DNA from: Candidatus Magasanikiibacteriota bacterium
GTDB taxonomy: Bacteria; Patescibacteriota; Patescibacteriia; Magasanikbacterales; UBA922
Assembly: GCA_018651085.1 (NCBI GenBank)
Contig: JABIEQ010000014.1
Span: forward strand, 97,807-161,806
Direction: 5' to 3'
Length of the DNA: 64,000 nucleotides
In this document: piece after piece, positions 37,777 to 47,561 of the stretch
Layout of the letters: every line of letters begins with the position of its first letter
Numbering within the stretch: the stretch's first letter is position 1
Program-made: the position numbers and the translations under genes
Notes under the pieces: generated by a model
What the model was told of the DNA's origin: nothing
The model's database searches: none
The model's input: only the letters and a program-made list of their open reading frames with translations

Positions 37777-40044
37777 ATGCAAAAATATTCCATTGCGTTT
37801 TTTATTACACTTTTATCTCTTCTTCTCATCCCTCTTTCCACAAATGCGGTGAATTGTAGTTGGTCAGAGTTTAATGAAGCCTGCATTATAGCGGACAATG
37901 AATTTCAAGATTGGGAATCTATGTCGAGAAAAGATATTTCCCTCTTTTTACAAAATAAAGATAGTTTTCTTGCAAAGTATAGAGCAAAAGACCACGAAGG
38001 TATTTCACGCCCAGCGTCAACAATCATTCAGCGTGCAGCAAAAGAATATAAAATCAATCCAAAATATATTCTCACAACACTTCAAAAAGAAAAAAGTCTC
38101 ATAACAGCAAAAAAACCAACGGAAAACCAACTCAACTGGGCCGCTGGATATGCGTGTCCTGACGGAACGTCTTGTAACCCAAAATATCGAGGCTTTGGAA
38201 ACCAAGTTGATGCAAGTGCCGCAGTCATGCGCTGGTATTACGACAATGTAGAAGATAAATCATGGATTAAAAAAGCTGGACAAAAATACAGTATCGATGG
38301 AGACTCAATTCGTATTGCAACCCAAGCAACAGCAAATTTATATACCTATACACCACACAAACACGGAAACAAAAACTTCTGGAAAATATGGCGAAGCTGG
38401 TTTCAAAATACCTACGCTGACGGAACGATTGTAAAAACACAAGGAAGCCCAGAGATTTGGCTTATTCAAAATGGAAAACGAAAAAAGTTTAAAAACCTTG
38501 CCGCGTTTACGACAAGATATAGATTAGACCAAGTCATTACAATTGAAGAAGTTGAACTTGAAAGATATCAAAGAGGAGAGGCAATTGATCTTCCTAACTA
38601 CGCTATTGTAAAACTCAAAGGAACAAACCGTTTTTTCCTTCTTGATTACGAAACATTAAGAGAATTTGAAACAACTAACCCATCAAAAGTATTTGGATAT
38701 CATCCAAGTGAAATTATTGAAGTACAAACAATTAATGGATACACACTTGCACGAGAAAAAATAGCATCATCAGTAGCATCCCCTCTTGGAACACTTCTTC
38801 AAGTCACAGACAAAAACCAAATATATTATGTACAAGGAACCACAGCAAGAATCATTCATCAAACCGTCGCAAAAGTAAATTATCCTTTTCTCACAAAAGA
38901 AAAAATTACAAGAGAAGACTTTGAAGAAAAAAGATATAATATAGAAACCTCTCCTATTAAATTTAAAGATGGAACCGTATTTAGGGTAGAGGGAACAAGT
39001 AGAATCTATGTAGTAGAGCATGGAAAACGAAGACATATCCCACAAGAAATTTTCACCAATCTTGGATATAAGGAAAGTGTCATTATTACTGTTGATAAAC
39101 AATCGTCACGAATCCATAAAGATGGCACATCAATCCGTATTTACACACAAACAAACCCTAAAGTTGAAACTCCGAGTGAAAACACACCAACAAACATAAC
39201 ACCAGAAGAACCCACAGATGAAAAAGATGAGGATGATCCCCTTCTTATTACCCCAGCACATGAAACCACGTACATTGGGACCTCTATTAATAATGACATC
39301 CAAGCGTACGCCATTGTAGATTACGACACAGGAGAAATATTAGCAGGGAAAAATGTTGATGTACAAAGACCTATTGCTTCTCTTACCAAAATCATGACAG
39401 CATATCGATTAGCAAAAGAAGGCATAAAACAAGATGCAACAATCACCTATAATAGAAGGAAACATCAAAGTGCGTATAGCTATTATAGAATTGCAGAAGG
39501 AGAACAAGTCAAAGTCCATGACCTTTTTGATGCCATGCTTGTGTCATCACTAAACATTCCCCCACGCATGCTCGTTTCACACATAGAACCAGATGAACAA
39601 AAGTTCATCAATCGAATGAACGACCAAGCAAATACATGGCGACTACCAAATACCAATTTTACAGAACCAGCAGGTATTGATCCAAACAACGTTTCAACAG
39701 CAAGAGAGTATGCCCAACTATTTAAAGCCGCTACAAAAACAAGAATTGTAAAAACATTTGCTGCTAAAAAATCATATACATATACAGAAGTAAAAGACAT
39801 TGACGACAGACCTGATCATCAAGATGTACATACAAACGATCTAGTAAACAAAGATGGACTTACATTCACTATTATTGCGAGTAAAACAGGATATCTGCAT
39901 AAAGCAGGGGCTTGCCTTACCATGATTATTGAACGAAAAAGTGACAAAAAACGCTTCACTATTGTGACTCTTGGAAACCCTGATAAAACAGATAGATTCA
40001 ACGAACCAGAGCGCATAGCAAATATTGCCGTGAATCAGTTTTGA
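37777..40044 (+). CDS. D-alanyl-D-alanine carboxypeptidase (S11/PBP5-like) with a roughly 470-aa N-terminal extension
   Basis: Signal peptide, and a C-terminal SxxK (ASLTKIMTAY), SxN and KTG triad. Confidence 0.7.
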   Translation: MQKYSIAFFITLLSLLLIPLSTNAVNCSWSEFNEACIIADNEFQDWESMSRKDISLFLQNKDSFLAKYRAKDHEGISRPASTIIQRAAKEYKINPKYILTTLQKEKSLITAKKPTENQLNWAAGYACPDGTSCNPKYRGFGNQVDASAAVMRWYYDNVEDKSWIKKAGQKYSIDGDSIRIATQATANLYTYTPHKHGNKNFWKIWRSWFQNTYADGTIVKTQGSPEIWLIQNGKRKKFKNLAAFTTRYRLDQVITIEEVELERYQRGEAIDLPNYAIVKLKGTNRFFLLDYETLREFETTNPSKVFGYHPSEIIEVQTINGYTLAREKIASSVASPLGTLLQVTDKNQIYYVQGTTARIIHQTVAKVNYPFLTKEKITREDFEEKRYNIETSPIKFKDGTVFRVEGTSRIYVVEHGKRRHIPQEIFTNLGYKESVIITVDKQSSRIHKDGTSIRIYTQTNPKVETPSENTPTNITPEEPTDEKDEDDPLLITPAHETTYIGTSINNDIQAYAIVDYDTGEILAGKNVDVQRPIASLTKIMTAYRLAKEGIKQDATITYNRRKHQSAYSYYRIAEGEQVKVHDLFDAMLVSSLNIPPRMLVSHIEPDEQKFINRMNDQANTWRLPNTNFTEPAGIDPNNVSTAREYAQLFKAATKTRIVKTFAAKKSYTYTEVKDIDDRPDHQDVHTNDLVNKDGLTFTIIASKTGYLHKAGACLTMIIERKSDKKRFTIVTLGNPDKTDRFNEPERIANIAVNQF

Positions 40045-40093
40045 CAAAACCAAAAAACAATGAAATGATACCTCCAATATAATATCTTTACAT

Positions 40094-40861
40094 ATGGCTC
40101 TTGTCTTCGCAGCAATCACTCCTCACCCTCCTATTTTAATTCCTACTATTGGTAAGGATAAACTTGAAGCACTCGAAAAAACAAAAACTGCGTTAGAACA
40201 ACTCGAGCAAGACTTGTATATAACAAAGCCTGATCTCATATTTATTATTTCTCCTCACACAGGAGCATTTAAAAATACCTTTACAATAAATGCCCACACT
40301 GAATTTGAATCATCATTTGATACATTTGGAGACCTTGTAACAAAAAAATCTTGGAAAGGATCCCCTGACACAGGTGCCGTCATTAGTCATGAAAGTCACA
40401 AACATGATATCCCTGTACGCCTCATAAGTGAACCAAAGCTTGATCATGGAAGTGCGGTCCCTCTTTTGTATCTTACAAATCATCTTCCTGATACGAAAGT
40501 TATTCCTATTGGATATTCTGAAGGAAATCCAAAAGATCATGTTTCCTTTGGAGAATTTCTAAGCAACATCATAGCAAACCAAGAGAAGCGTATCGCCGTT
40601 ATTGCTTCCGGAGATTTATCTCATGAAGATAAAGATGGTGGAAAAAAACTTGATGAAAAAATCCTCTCTATTTTAGAAAATAAAAATACTGTTGGAGCAA
40701 TAAATCTAGAAAGTGACAACCCAAACATAGAAAATGTCTGCGCATATAGATCACTTCTTATCCTCCTTGGTATTATAAAAGAGATGGAATATACATTTAA
40801 AGAATATAGCTACGAAGCACCTTTTGGCGTAGGGTATGCCGTAGGTAATTTTATGCTCTAA
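40094..40861 (+). CDS. LigB/MEMO-like (class III extradiol dioxygenase fold) protein
   Basis: N-terminal AAITPHPPILIP and a His-containing motif ISPHTGA. Confidence 0.5.
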   Translation: MALVFAAITPHPPILIPTIGKDKLEALEKTKTALEQLEQDLYITKPDLIFIISPHTGAFKNTFTINAHTEFESSFDTFGDLVTKKSWKGSPDTGAVISHESHKHDIPVRLISEPKLDHGSAVPLLYLTNHLPDTKVIPIGYSEGNPKDHVSFGEFLSNIIANQEKRIAVIASGDLSHEDKDGGKKLDEKILSILENKNTVGAINLESDNPNIENVCAYRSLLILLGIIKEMEYTFKEYSYEAPFGVGYAVGNFML

Positions 40862-40865
40862 GAAA

Positions 40866-42731
40866 ATGATTGCAAAAATTATCCCGCTTAAACGGCTTCC
40901 GAAACACATTGACATTCTTGATTACACTATTCCAAAAACACTCGAAGGAAGCCTCAAAGTCGGACAACTCATTACTATCCCCTTTCGCACGTCCAATATT
41001 TTTGGGCTTGTTTTATCTATAGAAAAAAACAGAATCATCCAAAAAAAACTAAAAGATATTATAGATATTGTTATTCAAGAACCATTACTAGAAAAACCAC
41101 ACATTCATTTTTTACGCACCATTTCGTCATGGTATGGAACCCCACTTGGAGCCACTATCAAAATGGGCCTTCCTCCCTTACAAAAAAGAAAAAGTAAAGA
41201 AATTGTTATACAACAAAAAGAAAAAACGATAGATAAAAATATCACACAAAAACCAACCTATCATTTGTATACAAATGAAGAACATCACAAAAAAATAATA
41301 GAAACCATCACAAAAGGAAGTACACTCTTTATTGTGCCAGAAAAACATGACATAAAAGAAATAAAAAAACTCATTCCAACAGAAAGAAAAAACGATATCA
41401 TTGTTTGGCACAGCACCTTAAGTACAAAGCAGAAATTTGAACGATGGATGACCATTAAAAACACTAAACATCCAATACTTATTGGAACAAGAGGCACGAT
41501 GTTTCTTCCTATAGAAAATCTAGAAAATATCATATTAGACAAAGAACACAGTGAACATCATAAACATTGGGATCAAGCACCACGATTTCATACCAAAGAT
41601 GTTGCTACGTTATTATCATCTATATACCAAAGCAACGTACATCTCATGAGCTTTTCAAAAAGTGCTGAGAGTTATTTTCATATTCATAAAGGTACATACG
41701 AAGAACAACCTCAAAAAAATAATACACAAAAACAACAGCCAACACTACTAAGTATGGCTGACGAAAGACGAGGAAGAAATTTCGGTGTATTTGCCAATGC
41801 CTCTGAAGAACTTATTACAACAGCGAAAGAAGATATATTTGTACTAGTAAATAGACGCGGCTTTGCAACAATTGCAGGATGTAATGCTTGTGGGTTTCAT
41901 GAAACATGTAACACATGCGAACAACCGTATGTATTTCATGAAAAAACAAACAAACTGCACTGCCATTATTGCCAAACAAAAAAAGATCTCCATAAAACAT
42001 GCCCAACGTGCCATGCACCAATAAGCCAACTGAAAGGTGCTGGAACAGAATTTGTCGAAAAAGAAGTACAGAAACTACATACCAATAGAAATACTCATCA
42101 CATTGTCCGTATTGATGGAGATACGCTAAAAATTCATCTAGAAAAAGATAATAAACCCCGTATTATTATTGGGACAAAAAAAGCTATTCCCTATGTACGC
42201 TTTACTCAAACAACGGGAATCATTATTACAGATATAGATAAACAGCTGAGCATGCCAGAATATCTTGCACAAGAACAAGCCTGGCACACGATTCAAACAC
42301 TCAATTACAAAAGACGAGAAGATAGTGCATATTATATTCAAACATGGAATAAAAGACATATTGTCCTTCGAGGGATAAAAGAAAACGATCGCTGGTATAG
42401 AACAGATCTTAGTGCTAGAAAAAAATTATCCTACCCACCGTACACATATCTCGTTCGATATTTTTATGGAGATGAGGTAGAACAATCATCTAAAAAAGAA
42501 GCAGTAAAGGTCTACAATAAGCTAAAAATTGCATTGACAACACACCAAAAAGACAGTACCATAACCGCGCCAATTGCCATGCATCCAAAGTATATGAGAA
42601 AGAAATATTGGTACATGATAACAGTAAAGTTACCAATAACATCATGGCAAAAAGATCTCCCCTGGATTAATACACATATTCCACAACACTGGAAAATTGA
42701 TCCAAACCCTATTTCATTCCTTAGCCCATAG
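40866..42731 (+). CDS. priA: Primosomal protein N' (PriA)-like with degenerate helicase motifs
   Basis: PriA-type N-terminal DNA-binding region, IILDKEH in place of DEEH followed by PRFHTKDVA, and a Cys-rich zinc region CNACGF..CNTC..CHYC..CPTC. The Walker A GxGKT motif is absent. Confidence 0.65.
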   Translation: MIAKIIPLKRLPKHIDILDYTIPKTLEGSLKVGQLITIPFRTSNIFGLVLSIEKNRIIQKKLKDIIDIVIQEPLLEKPHIHFLRTISSWYGTPLGATIKMGLPPLQKRKSKEIVIQQKEKTIDKNITQKPTYHLYTNEEHHKKIIETITKGSTLFIVPEKHDIKEIKKLIPTERKNDIIVWHSTLSTKQKFERWMTIKNTKHPILIGTRGTMFLPIENLENIILDKEHSEHHKHWDQAPRFHTKDVATLLSSIYQSNVHLMSFSKSAESYFHIHKGTYEEQPQKNNTQKQQPTLLSMADERRGRNFGVFANASEELITTAKEDIFVLVNRRGFATIAGCNACGFHETCNTCEQPYVFHEKTNKLHCHYCQTKKDLHKTCPTCHAPISQLKGAGTEFVEKEVQKLHTNRNTHHIVRIDGDTLKIHLEKDNKPRIIIGTKKAIPYVRFTQTTGIIITDIDKQLSMPEYLAQEQAWHTIQTLNYKRREDSAYYIQTWNKRHIVLRGIKENDRWYRTDLSARKKLSYPPYTYLVRYFYGDEVEQSSKKEAVKVYNKLKIALTTHQKDSTITAPIAMHPKYMRKKYWYMITVKLPITSWQKDLPWINTHIPQHWKIDPNPISFLSP

Positions 42732-42735
42732 CATT

Positions 42736-43248
42736 ATGGACTTACCACTTATTTTTCACCCAAACTCAGATATTCTTCAAGTTGAATGTACCCCTCTTTC
42801 TACAGAAGATATTGTAAGTGAAAAAGTGCAAACAATGATCGATAACATGATCCCAACGATGTACCATGGACAAGGTATTGGTCTTGCCGCACCACAAATT
42901 GGAACAACCATACAGGTATGTATTATTGGAAAAGATGCCTTCCCTAAAAAAGTCATGATCAATGGAAAAAAACATGATAGATCAAAAGATCTTATCCTTA
43001 TAAATCCCGTCTGGGAAAAAACGGCAAGACGCACATATTGGGATACAGAAGGATGTTTATCTATCCCAAAAATATATGGAAAAGTAAAACGATATAAACA
43101 TATCCGTATACAGGCACAAAATAGACTAGGTGAACCAATTACTCTTGACGCAAGTAACTTCTTTGGTAGAGTCATTCAACATGAAATAGATCACCTCCAT
43201 GGTATTTTGTTTATTGAAAAAGGAAAAGATATTTATAAAGTAGAATAA
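42736..43248 (+). CDS. def: Peptide deformylase
   Basis: GIGLAAPQIG, EGCLS and HEIDHL motifs. Confidence 0.9.
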   Translation: MDLPLIFHPNSDILQVECTPLSTEDIVSEKVQTMIDNMIPTMYHGQGIGLAAPQIGTTIQVCIIGKDAFPKKVMINGKKHDRSKDLILINPVWEKTARRTYWDTEGCLSIPKIYGKVKRYKHIRIQAQNRLGEPITLDASNFFGRVIQHEIDHLHGILFIEKGKDIYKVE

Positions 43249-43252
43249 TAAT

Positions 43253-44188
43253 ATGTCAGAACCCAAAGAGAAAAACCTATCTGTCATTTTTTTTGGGACC
43301 CATATTTTTGCAACAGTAATATTACAAGCACTTATTGATCATCCACATATTGATGTACAAAAAGTGATCACCCAACCTGATAGACCAGTAGGAAGAAAAA
43401 AGATCATTACCCCTCCTCCAGTAAAACTATTAGCACAAAAACATACCATTCCTGTTGATCAACCAGCATCACTAAAAACATATACGTTAGAAGAAACGTA
43501 CGATATTGGTATTACCGCACAATACGGTGGCCTTATCCCCCCTCATATATTAGATAGTCCAACGCATAATATTTTAAATGTCCATACATCACTCCTTCCT
43601 AAATATCGTGGTGCAACCCCAATTCAGTCAGCATTGATTCACGGAGACGATAAAACAGGTGTGACCATTATGAAAATGGGGGTTGGTCTTGATACAGGAC
43701 CTATTCTTCTTCAAAAAAGTATCGACATAGATAAAGATGATACATACCCAATGCTAGACAAAAAACTTGCACAAATAGGTACGAAGGCACTTATTGAAGC
43801 AATATTTCCATATGCAGAAGGAACATTACTACCACAAAACCAAGATGAACGTTTGGTAAGTCACTGCAAGCAGTTTTCACGAGAAGATGGTCGCATTGAT
43901 TGGAATAAATCAGCAAAAGAAATCTATAATCAATATAGAGGCATGACCCCATGGCCTGGTATTTGGACAACGTGGAACAATAAACGTCTTAAACTTATAG
44001 ATATACAACCAATAAAAGATATTGATATACCTTCAGGGAAAGTACATAGAGAAGAAAACATTTTATATATTGGTTGCACAAATGGAGCCATTAGTGTTCT
44101 TCATATTCAGTTAGAAGGAAAACCACAAATGGATATAAAAGCCTTCATTACCGGATATAAACATATTGAAGGAGAAAAAGTAGTATAA
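43253..44188 (+). CDS. fmt: Methionyl-tRNA formyltransferase
   Basis: Formyltransferase N-terminal domain (HTSLLPKYRG) plus C-terminal domain. Confidence 0.9.
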   Translation: MSEPKEKNLSVIFFGTHIFATVILQALIDHPHIDVQKVITQPDRPVGRKKIITPPPVKLLAQKHTIPVDQPASLKTYTLEETYDIGITAQYGGLIPPHILDSPTHNILNVHTSLLPKYRGATPIQSALIHGDDKTGVTIMKMGVGLDTGPILLQKSIDIDKDDTYPMLDKKLAQIGTKALIEAIFPYAEGTLLPQNQDERLVSHCKQFSREDGRIDWNKSAKEIYNQYRGMTPWPGIWTTWNNKRLKLIDIQPIKDIDIPSGKVHREENILYIGCTNGAISVLHIQLEGKPQMDIKAFITGYKHIEGEKVV

Positions 44189-44208
44189 AAAAACACCCCT
44201 TAAGGGTG
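44184..44208 (-). terminator. Rho-independent terminator of cassette C, minus strand
   Basis: CACCC-ttaag-GGGTG followed by TTTTTTT on the minus strand. It overlaps the fmt stop codon. Confidence 0.7.
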
Positions 44209-44300
44209 AACAAATGTCTGTGCAGGAACCCCCAAGCCGCTACACAGACGGTGTGGGGTTGAGGGTTTCTGCGAATTGCGGGCTGTTCGAGCGGCCGACC

Positions 44301-44600
44301 TTAGTTGGTCGGGTATTCTTTCAGCTGACGCAAAGATCTTTCCGTGAAGTCCCACGGACGCCGGGGATTGCTCATGAAAACAACCCAGTACGTCTCAGTG
44401 ACCTTGCCAGTGTCGTCACCATCGCCAGTGTCGTCACCATCGTCAATGTCGTCACCATCGTCAATGTCGAAAGTCATCGCGCCCTCTGCACGACAAAAAT
44501 CGATGAGATCATCATGATTAAGAGGGAAATCTCTCTCCCTCAACACGATGACTCTGGCAGGGCAAGGACCGGACGAAACCGGCCGGAAATCAGCGAACAT
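44301..44600 (-). CDS. GC-rich small-protein family, member C (99 aa, acidic, with a DDGDD repeat tract)
   Basis: AGGAGG SD 7 nt before the ATG, about 55% GC. TYWVVFMSNPRRPWDFTER aligns with the family core. The opposite-strand 136-aa ORF is rejected. Confidence 0.65.
   Translation of the reverse strand: MFADFRPVSSGPCPARVIVLRERDFPLNHDDLIDFCRAEGAMTFDIDDGDDIDDGDDTGDGDDTGKVTETYWVVFMSNPRRPWDFTERSLRQLKEYPTN
44401..44469. repeat. Tandem 18-bp repeat, about 3.5 copies of GTCGTCACCATCG(C/T)CA(G/A)T
   Basis: Read directly from the sequence. It encodes (D-D-G-D-D-I/T)n within member C. Confidence 0.85.
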
Positions 44601-44641
44601 AACGTGCCTCCTATGGGCTTCTAGAGAAAAGCTGACAAAAA

Positions 44642-44670
44642 AATATACCACAAAAACCCTCTTTTGTCAA
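44642..44670 (-). promoter_or_regulatory. Sigma70-type promoter TTGACA-17nt-TATATT driving member C
   Basis: Read on the minus strand: TTGACAaaagagggtttttgtggTATATT. The -35 lies inside the CCCTCTT..AAGAGGG palindrome. Confidence 0.6.
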
Positions 44671-44688
44671 GAGGGTAAAGCTAAAAAC

Positions 44689-46107
44689 ATGCTACATTTA
44701 GCCAAAAATAAACAAATTTTAATATTTTTAGGTGTCTATACCCTTATACGGGTACTCTCTTTTAATATTATTAATGCGCCACATATTCAAACGCTTATTG
44801 CAGTACTTATTGTAATAACACTTATATACACAACACTTCGCTCCCCTATTCATGGATGGTATATACTCATCGGAGAACTCCTTCTTGGAGGAACAGGACA
44901 CTTTGTAGAATTGAGTATCGGTTCACTAAGCCTCGCCATACGAACAATACTTATCTACAGTTTCATCGGAACATTTTTTATTAAACAATACACACAAAAA
45001 AATATAAGACTCCCTCGCCCACTGCTTATAACAATGCTTATCCCAATAATTATATCTATATATAGCGCACTCGTTGGTCTTCTTCATGGGCATGAAACGA
45101 CAGCCATTATTCAAGATCTCATTCCCTACACTTTTTTCCTTCTTATATTTCCTACGTATCTACTGCTAAAACAATATGCACACTCTAAAACAATAAAAAC
45201 ATTTTTTTATACATTCATTATAGGGACAAGCATATTTGCCATATTTACTTTTATTCTCTTTGCTCTTGGTATAGCTGAACCACAAGACCCAACCTATTAC
45301 CGTTGGTTTAGAGATATTATCGCTGGAAAAGTAACTCCCATTGGGCACAACTTTTTTCGTATTGTAGAACCAATACATTTGTGGCTTACACCAATAATTA
45401 TATATCTTGCAGCAAACATCATAAAAGGAAGCAAAAATAAAACCAACTGGATATTTCTCATCCTTCTTTCTTTTCCTTTCATGATGAATTTTTCACGTGG
45501 GTACATGTTGGGATTAGCGGCTGGACTTCTCTTTTTATTACTGTTAAAACAACCAAAAAAGTGGCTATATACTTCCCTTGCAATTGGTATTATGTTTTTC
45601 AGTTCCTTTACCCTAATGCATCTTACAACAAGTAAAGGAGCATCTCCTGGATGGGACTTATTTGGTATACGAATAAGTAGCATTGTAAGACCAGAAACAG
45701 AAGTAAGTGCATTAACAAGAAAAACACTTCTCCCGCCAATTATAGAAAAAATAAAAGAACATCCATTTATCGGTCACGGATTAGGGGCATCTCTTACATT
45801 TACCGACCCCCTAACAAATACAATAGTAACCACAAGACAATTTGATTGGGGCTATCTAGAACTCCTAGTAGAATTAGGATTCATTGGAACACTTCTTTTC
45901 ATGGGGAGCATTCTATATACCATAAAAATAATGTACAAAAAGATGCCCTACAACAAAGCGACTACTGTAGCGGCAACACTTATAAGCATATTAGTCATAA
46001 CCATAACTGCTCCAGCCCTATTTCATACCATAGGAGTATTATATCTAGTGTATATACATGTCACTCCCTATGTATTCACAAAACAAGACAAAAATGCTAT
46101 ACTCTAG
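44689..46107 (+). CDS. O-antigen ligase/polymerase-like (Wzy_C-like) polytopic membrane protein
   Basis: At least 10 TM helices with a large periplasmic loop. Start taken at MLHLAK to avoid overlapping cassette C. Confidence 0.55.
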   Translation: MLHLAKNKQILIFLGVYTLIRVLSFNIINAPHIQTLIAVLIVITLIYTTLRSPIHGWYILIGELLLGGTGHFVELSIGSLSLAIRTILIYSFIGTFFIKQYTQKNIRLPRPLLITMLIPIIISIYSALVGLLHGHETTAIIQDLIPYTFFLLIFPTYLLLKQYAHSKTIKTFFYTFIIGTSIFAIFTFILFALGIAEPQDPTYYRWFRDIIAGKVTPIGHNFFRIVEPIHLWLTPIIIYLAANIIKGSKNKTNWIFLILLSFPFMMNFSRGYMLGLAAGLLFLLLLKQPKKWLYTSLAIGIMFFSSFTLMHLTTSKGASPGWDLFGIRISSIVRPETEVSALTRKTLLPPIIEKIKEHPFIGHGLGASLTFTDPLTNTIVTTRQFDWGYLELLVELGFIGTLLFMGSILYTIKIMYKKMPYNKATTVAATLISILVITITAPALFHTIGVLYLVYIHVTPYVFTKQDKNAIL

Positions 46108-46151
46108 GCGTATTTAATCATTATTTTATTCATTCTCATTAACATATATCT

Positions 46152-46787
46152 ATGGATCCAAAAGAACTTCCATACGGAGAATCCCTCAAGGCAGGATGGG
46201 CAGCCTTTAAAGAACGCATCGGGTACTTTATCGGTGCTATAATCCTTACAGGGTTAATATGTCTTCCATTGTACATCGTGTATATTGCAACGATAGTACA
46301 AGGATATAATGCTGTAGCAGTAGTAGCATACATATTATTCCTTCTTTTGATCATGTTCTTCTCAATGACATGGACAAAAATGTTCCTCATGATCCTTGAT
46401 AAACAAGCTGTATCAATGAAGACACTCTTTCAAGGAAATGGAATGTATGTAAAATATTTCCTTTCTGAACTTCTCTATGGACTTATCGTTCTTGGAGGAA
46501 CAATCCTCTTCATCATTCCAGGTATTATCTGGTCACTTAAATACATGCTTGCTCCATACCTCGTTATCGACAAAGGAATGAAACCAATGGAAGCAATTAA
46601 GCTAAGTGGACAAATGACAAAAGGATTTAAATGGCAACTATTTCTATTTAATATCTTAGTTGTTATCATTAACGGACTGACTGTCTTTACTTTATATCTT
46701 GGACTATTCATTACTATTCCACTTACAGGAATAGCTTCTGCATATGTCTATCGTCACATTATGAAGGCGTCTGGAGTAAAAGCATAA
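46152..46787 (+). CDS. Integral membrane protein of unknown function
   Basis: A 211-aa, 4-5 TM ORF. Confidence 0.5.
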   Translation: MDPKELPYGESLKAGWAAFKERIGYFIGAIILTGLICLPLYIVYIATIVQGYNAVAVVAYILFLLLIMFFSMTWTKMFLMILDKQAVSMKTLFQGNGMYVKYFLSELLYGLIVLGGTILFIIPGIIWSLKYMLAPYLVIDKGMKPMEAIKLSGQMTKGFKWQLFLFNILVVIINGLTVFTLYLGLFITIPLTGIASAYVYRHIMKASGVKA

Positions 46788-46841
46788 GAACAAAATATAC
46801 ATATTAAAAAAGCCATGAAATTCATGGCTTTTTTGTTATCT

Positions 46842-47558
46842 TTAATGCAAATGATGTTTTTCATAAATAATATCCTTTGCTTTTTCAAAAGCAAGAACTC
46901 GAGAATGAATGCCTGGTATCCATCGAAAAGGTGCCGTGTAACAAAAAGAAGGAAGCCAATGACTAATACCCCCTTTACGAGGAATTGCTTCATATAGATA
47001 CTCATCAAGTCCAAAACCAATGTGCCCTTTTTTTAAAAGAGATAACCACAAATCCCAATCCTGAAATCGCTTCAAATCTTCATCCCAAGGAAGAACAACT
47101 TCTCGCCTAAGAAGGACTGTTGATGGAATATAGTTATATGTGTTAAGACGTTCAGAAGAAAAAAGTAATGCCGGAATCTTTTTATGCCCAAGATGAAAGC
47201 CAGCGTACACGTATGACGCCTCAGGGTGGCTTTGTAGCGTGCTAATCATGTTTTCAAGCATATGTGGCTTAGAAATAATATCAGCGTCTAAAAAGAGCAC
47301 ATATTCACCAGAAGAAAGAGAAAAACCATGATTTCTCGCAGCGGGAGCCCCTTTATTTTCTTGACGAACCACTTGCACAGGGATATCTATTGATACTTGT
47401 TTTTTAGGAACACGAAGAGGTTCATTACTACCGTCATCAATAATAATAATTTCAATTGGGCGATATGTCTGACAAGACAAAGCAAAAAGAGCCTTAAACA
47501 AGGCCTCTTTATGATTATAAACAGGAATAATAATACTAATGAGAGGCTTTTGGTCCAT
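46842..47558 (-). CDS. Family 2 glycosyltransferase
   Basis: IIIPVYN...IIIDDGS and DAD motifs. Confidence 0.85.
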   Translation of the reverse strand: MDQKPLISIIIPVYNHKEALFKALFALSCQTYRPIEIIIIDDGSNEPLRVPKKQVSIDIPVQVVRQENKGAPAARNHGFSLSSGEYVLFLDADIISKPHMLENMISTLQSHPEASYVYAGFHLGHKKIPALLFSSERLNTYNYIPSTVLLRREVVLPWDEDLKRFQDWDLWLSLLKKGHIGFGLDEYLYEAIPRKGGISHWLPSFCYTAPFRWIPGIHSRVLAFEKAKDIIYEKHHLH

Positions 47559-47561
47559 AGG

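Noticed and set aside
44214-44624. Plus-strand 136-aa ORF over the cassette C DNA
   Set aside because: It has no RBS and starts inside the minus-strand terminator. It translates the 18-bp repeats as a hydrophobic VVTIVN tract. The minus-strand ORF has an AGGAGG SD, a consensus promoter and the family motif.
44548-44688. Upstream 47-codon extension of the O-antigen-ligase-like ORF (MTLAGQGPDETGRKS...)
   Set aside because: It overlaps the 5' end of cassette C and its promoter on the opposite strand and is GC-rich non-membrane sequence. The internal start MLHLAK at 44689 begins the first TM helix.
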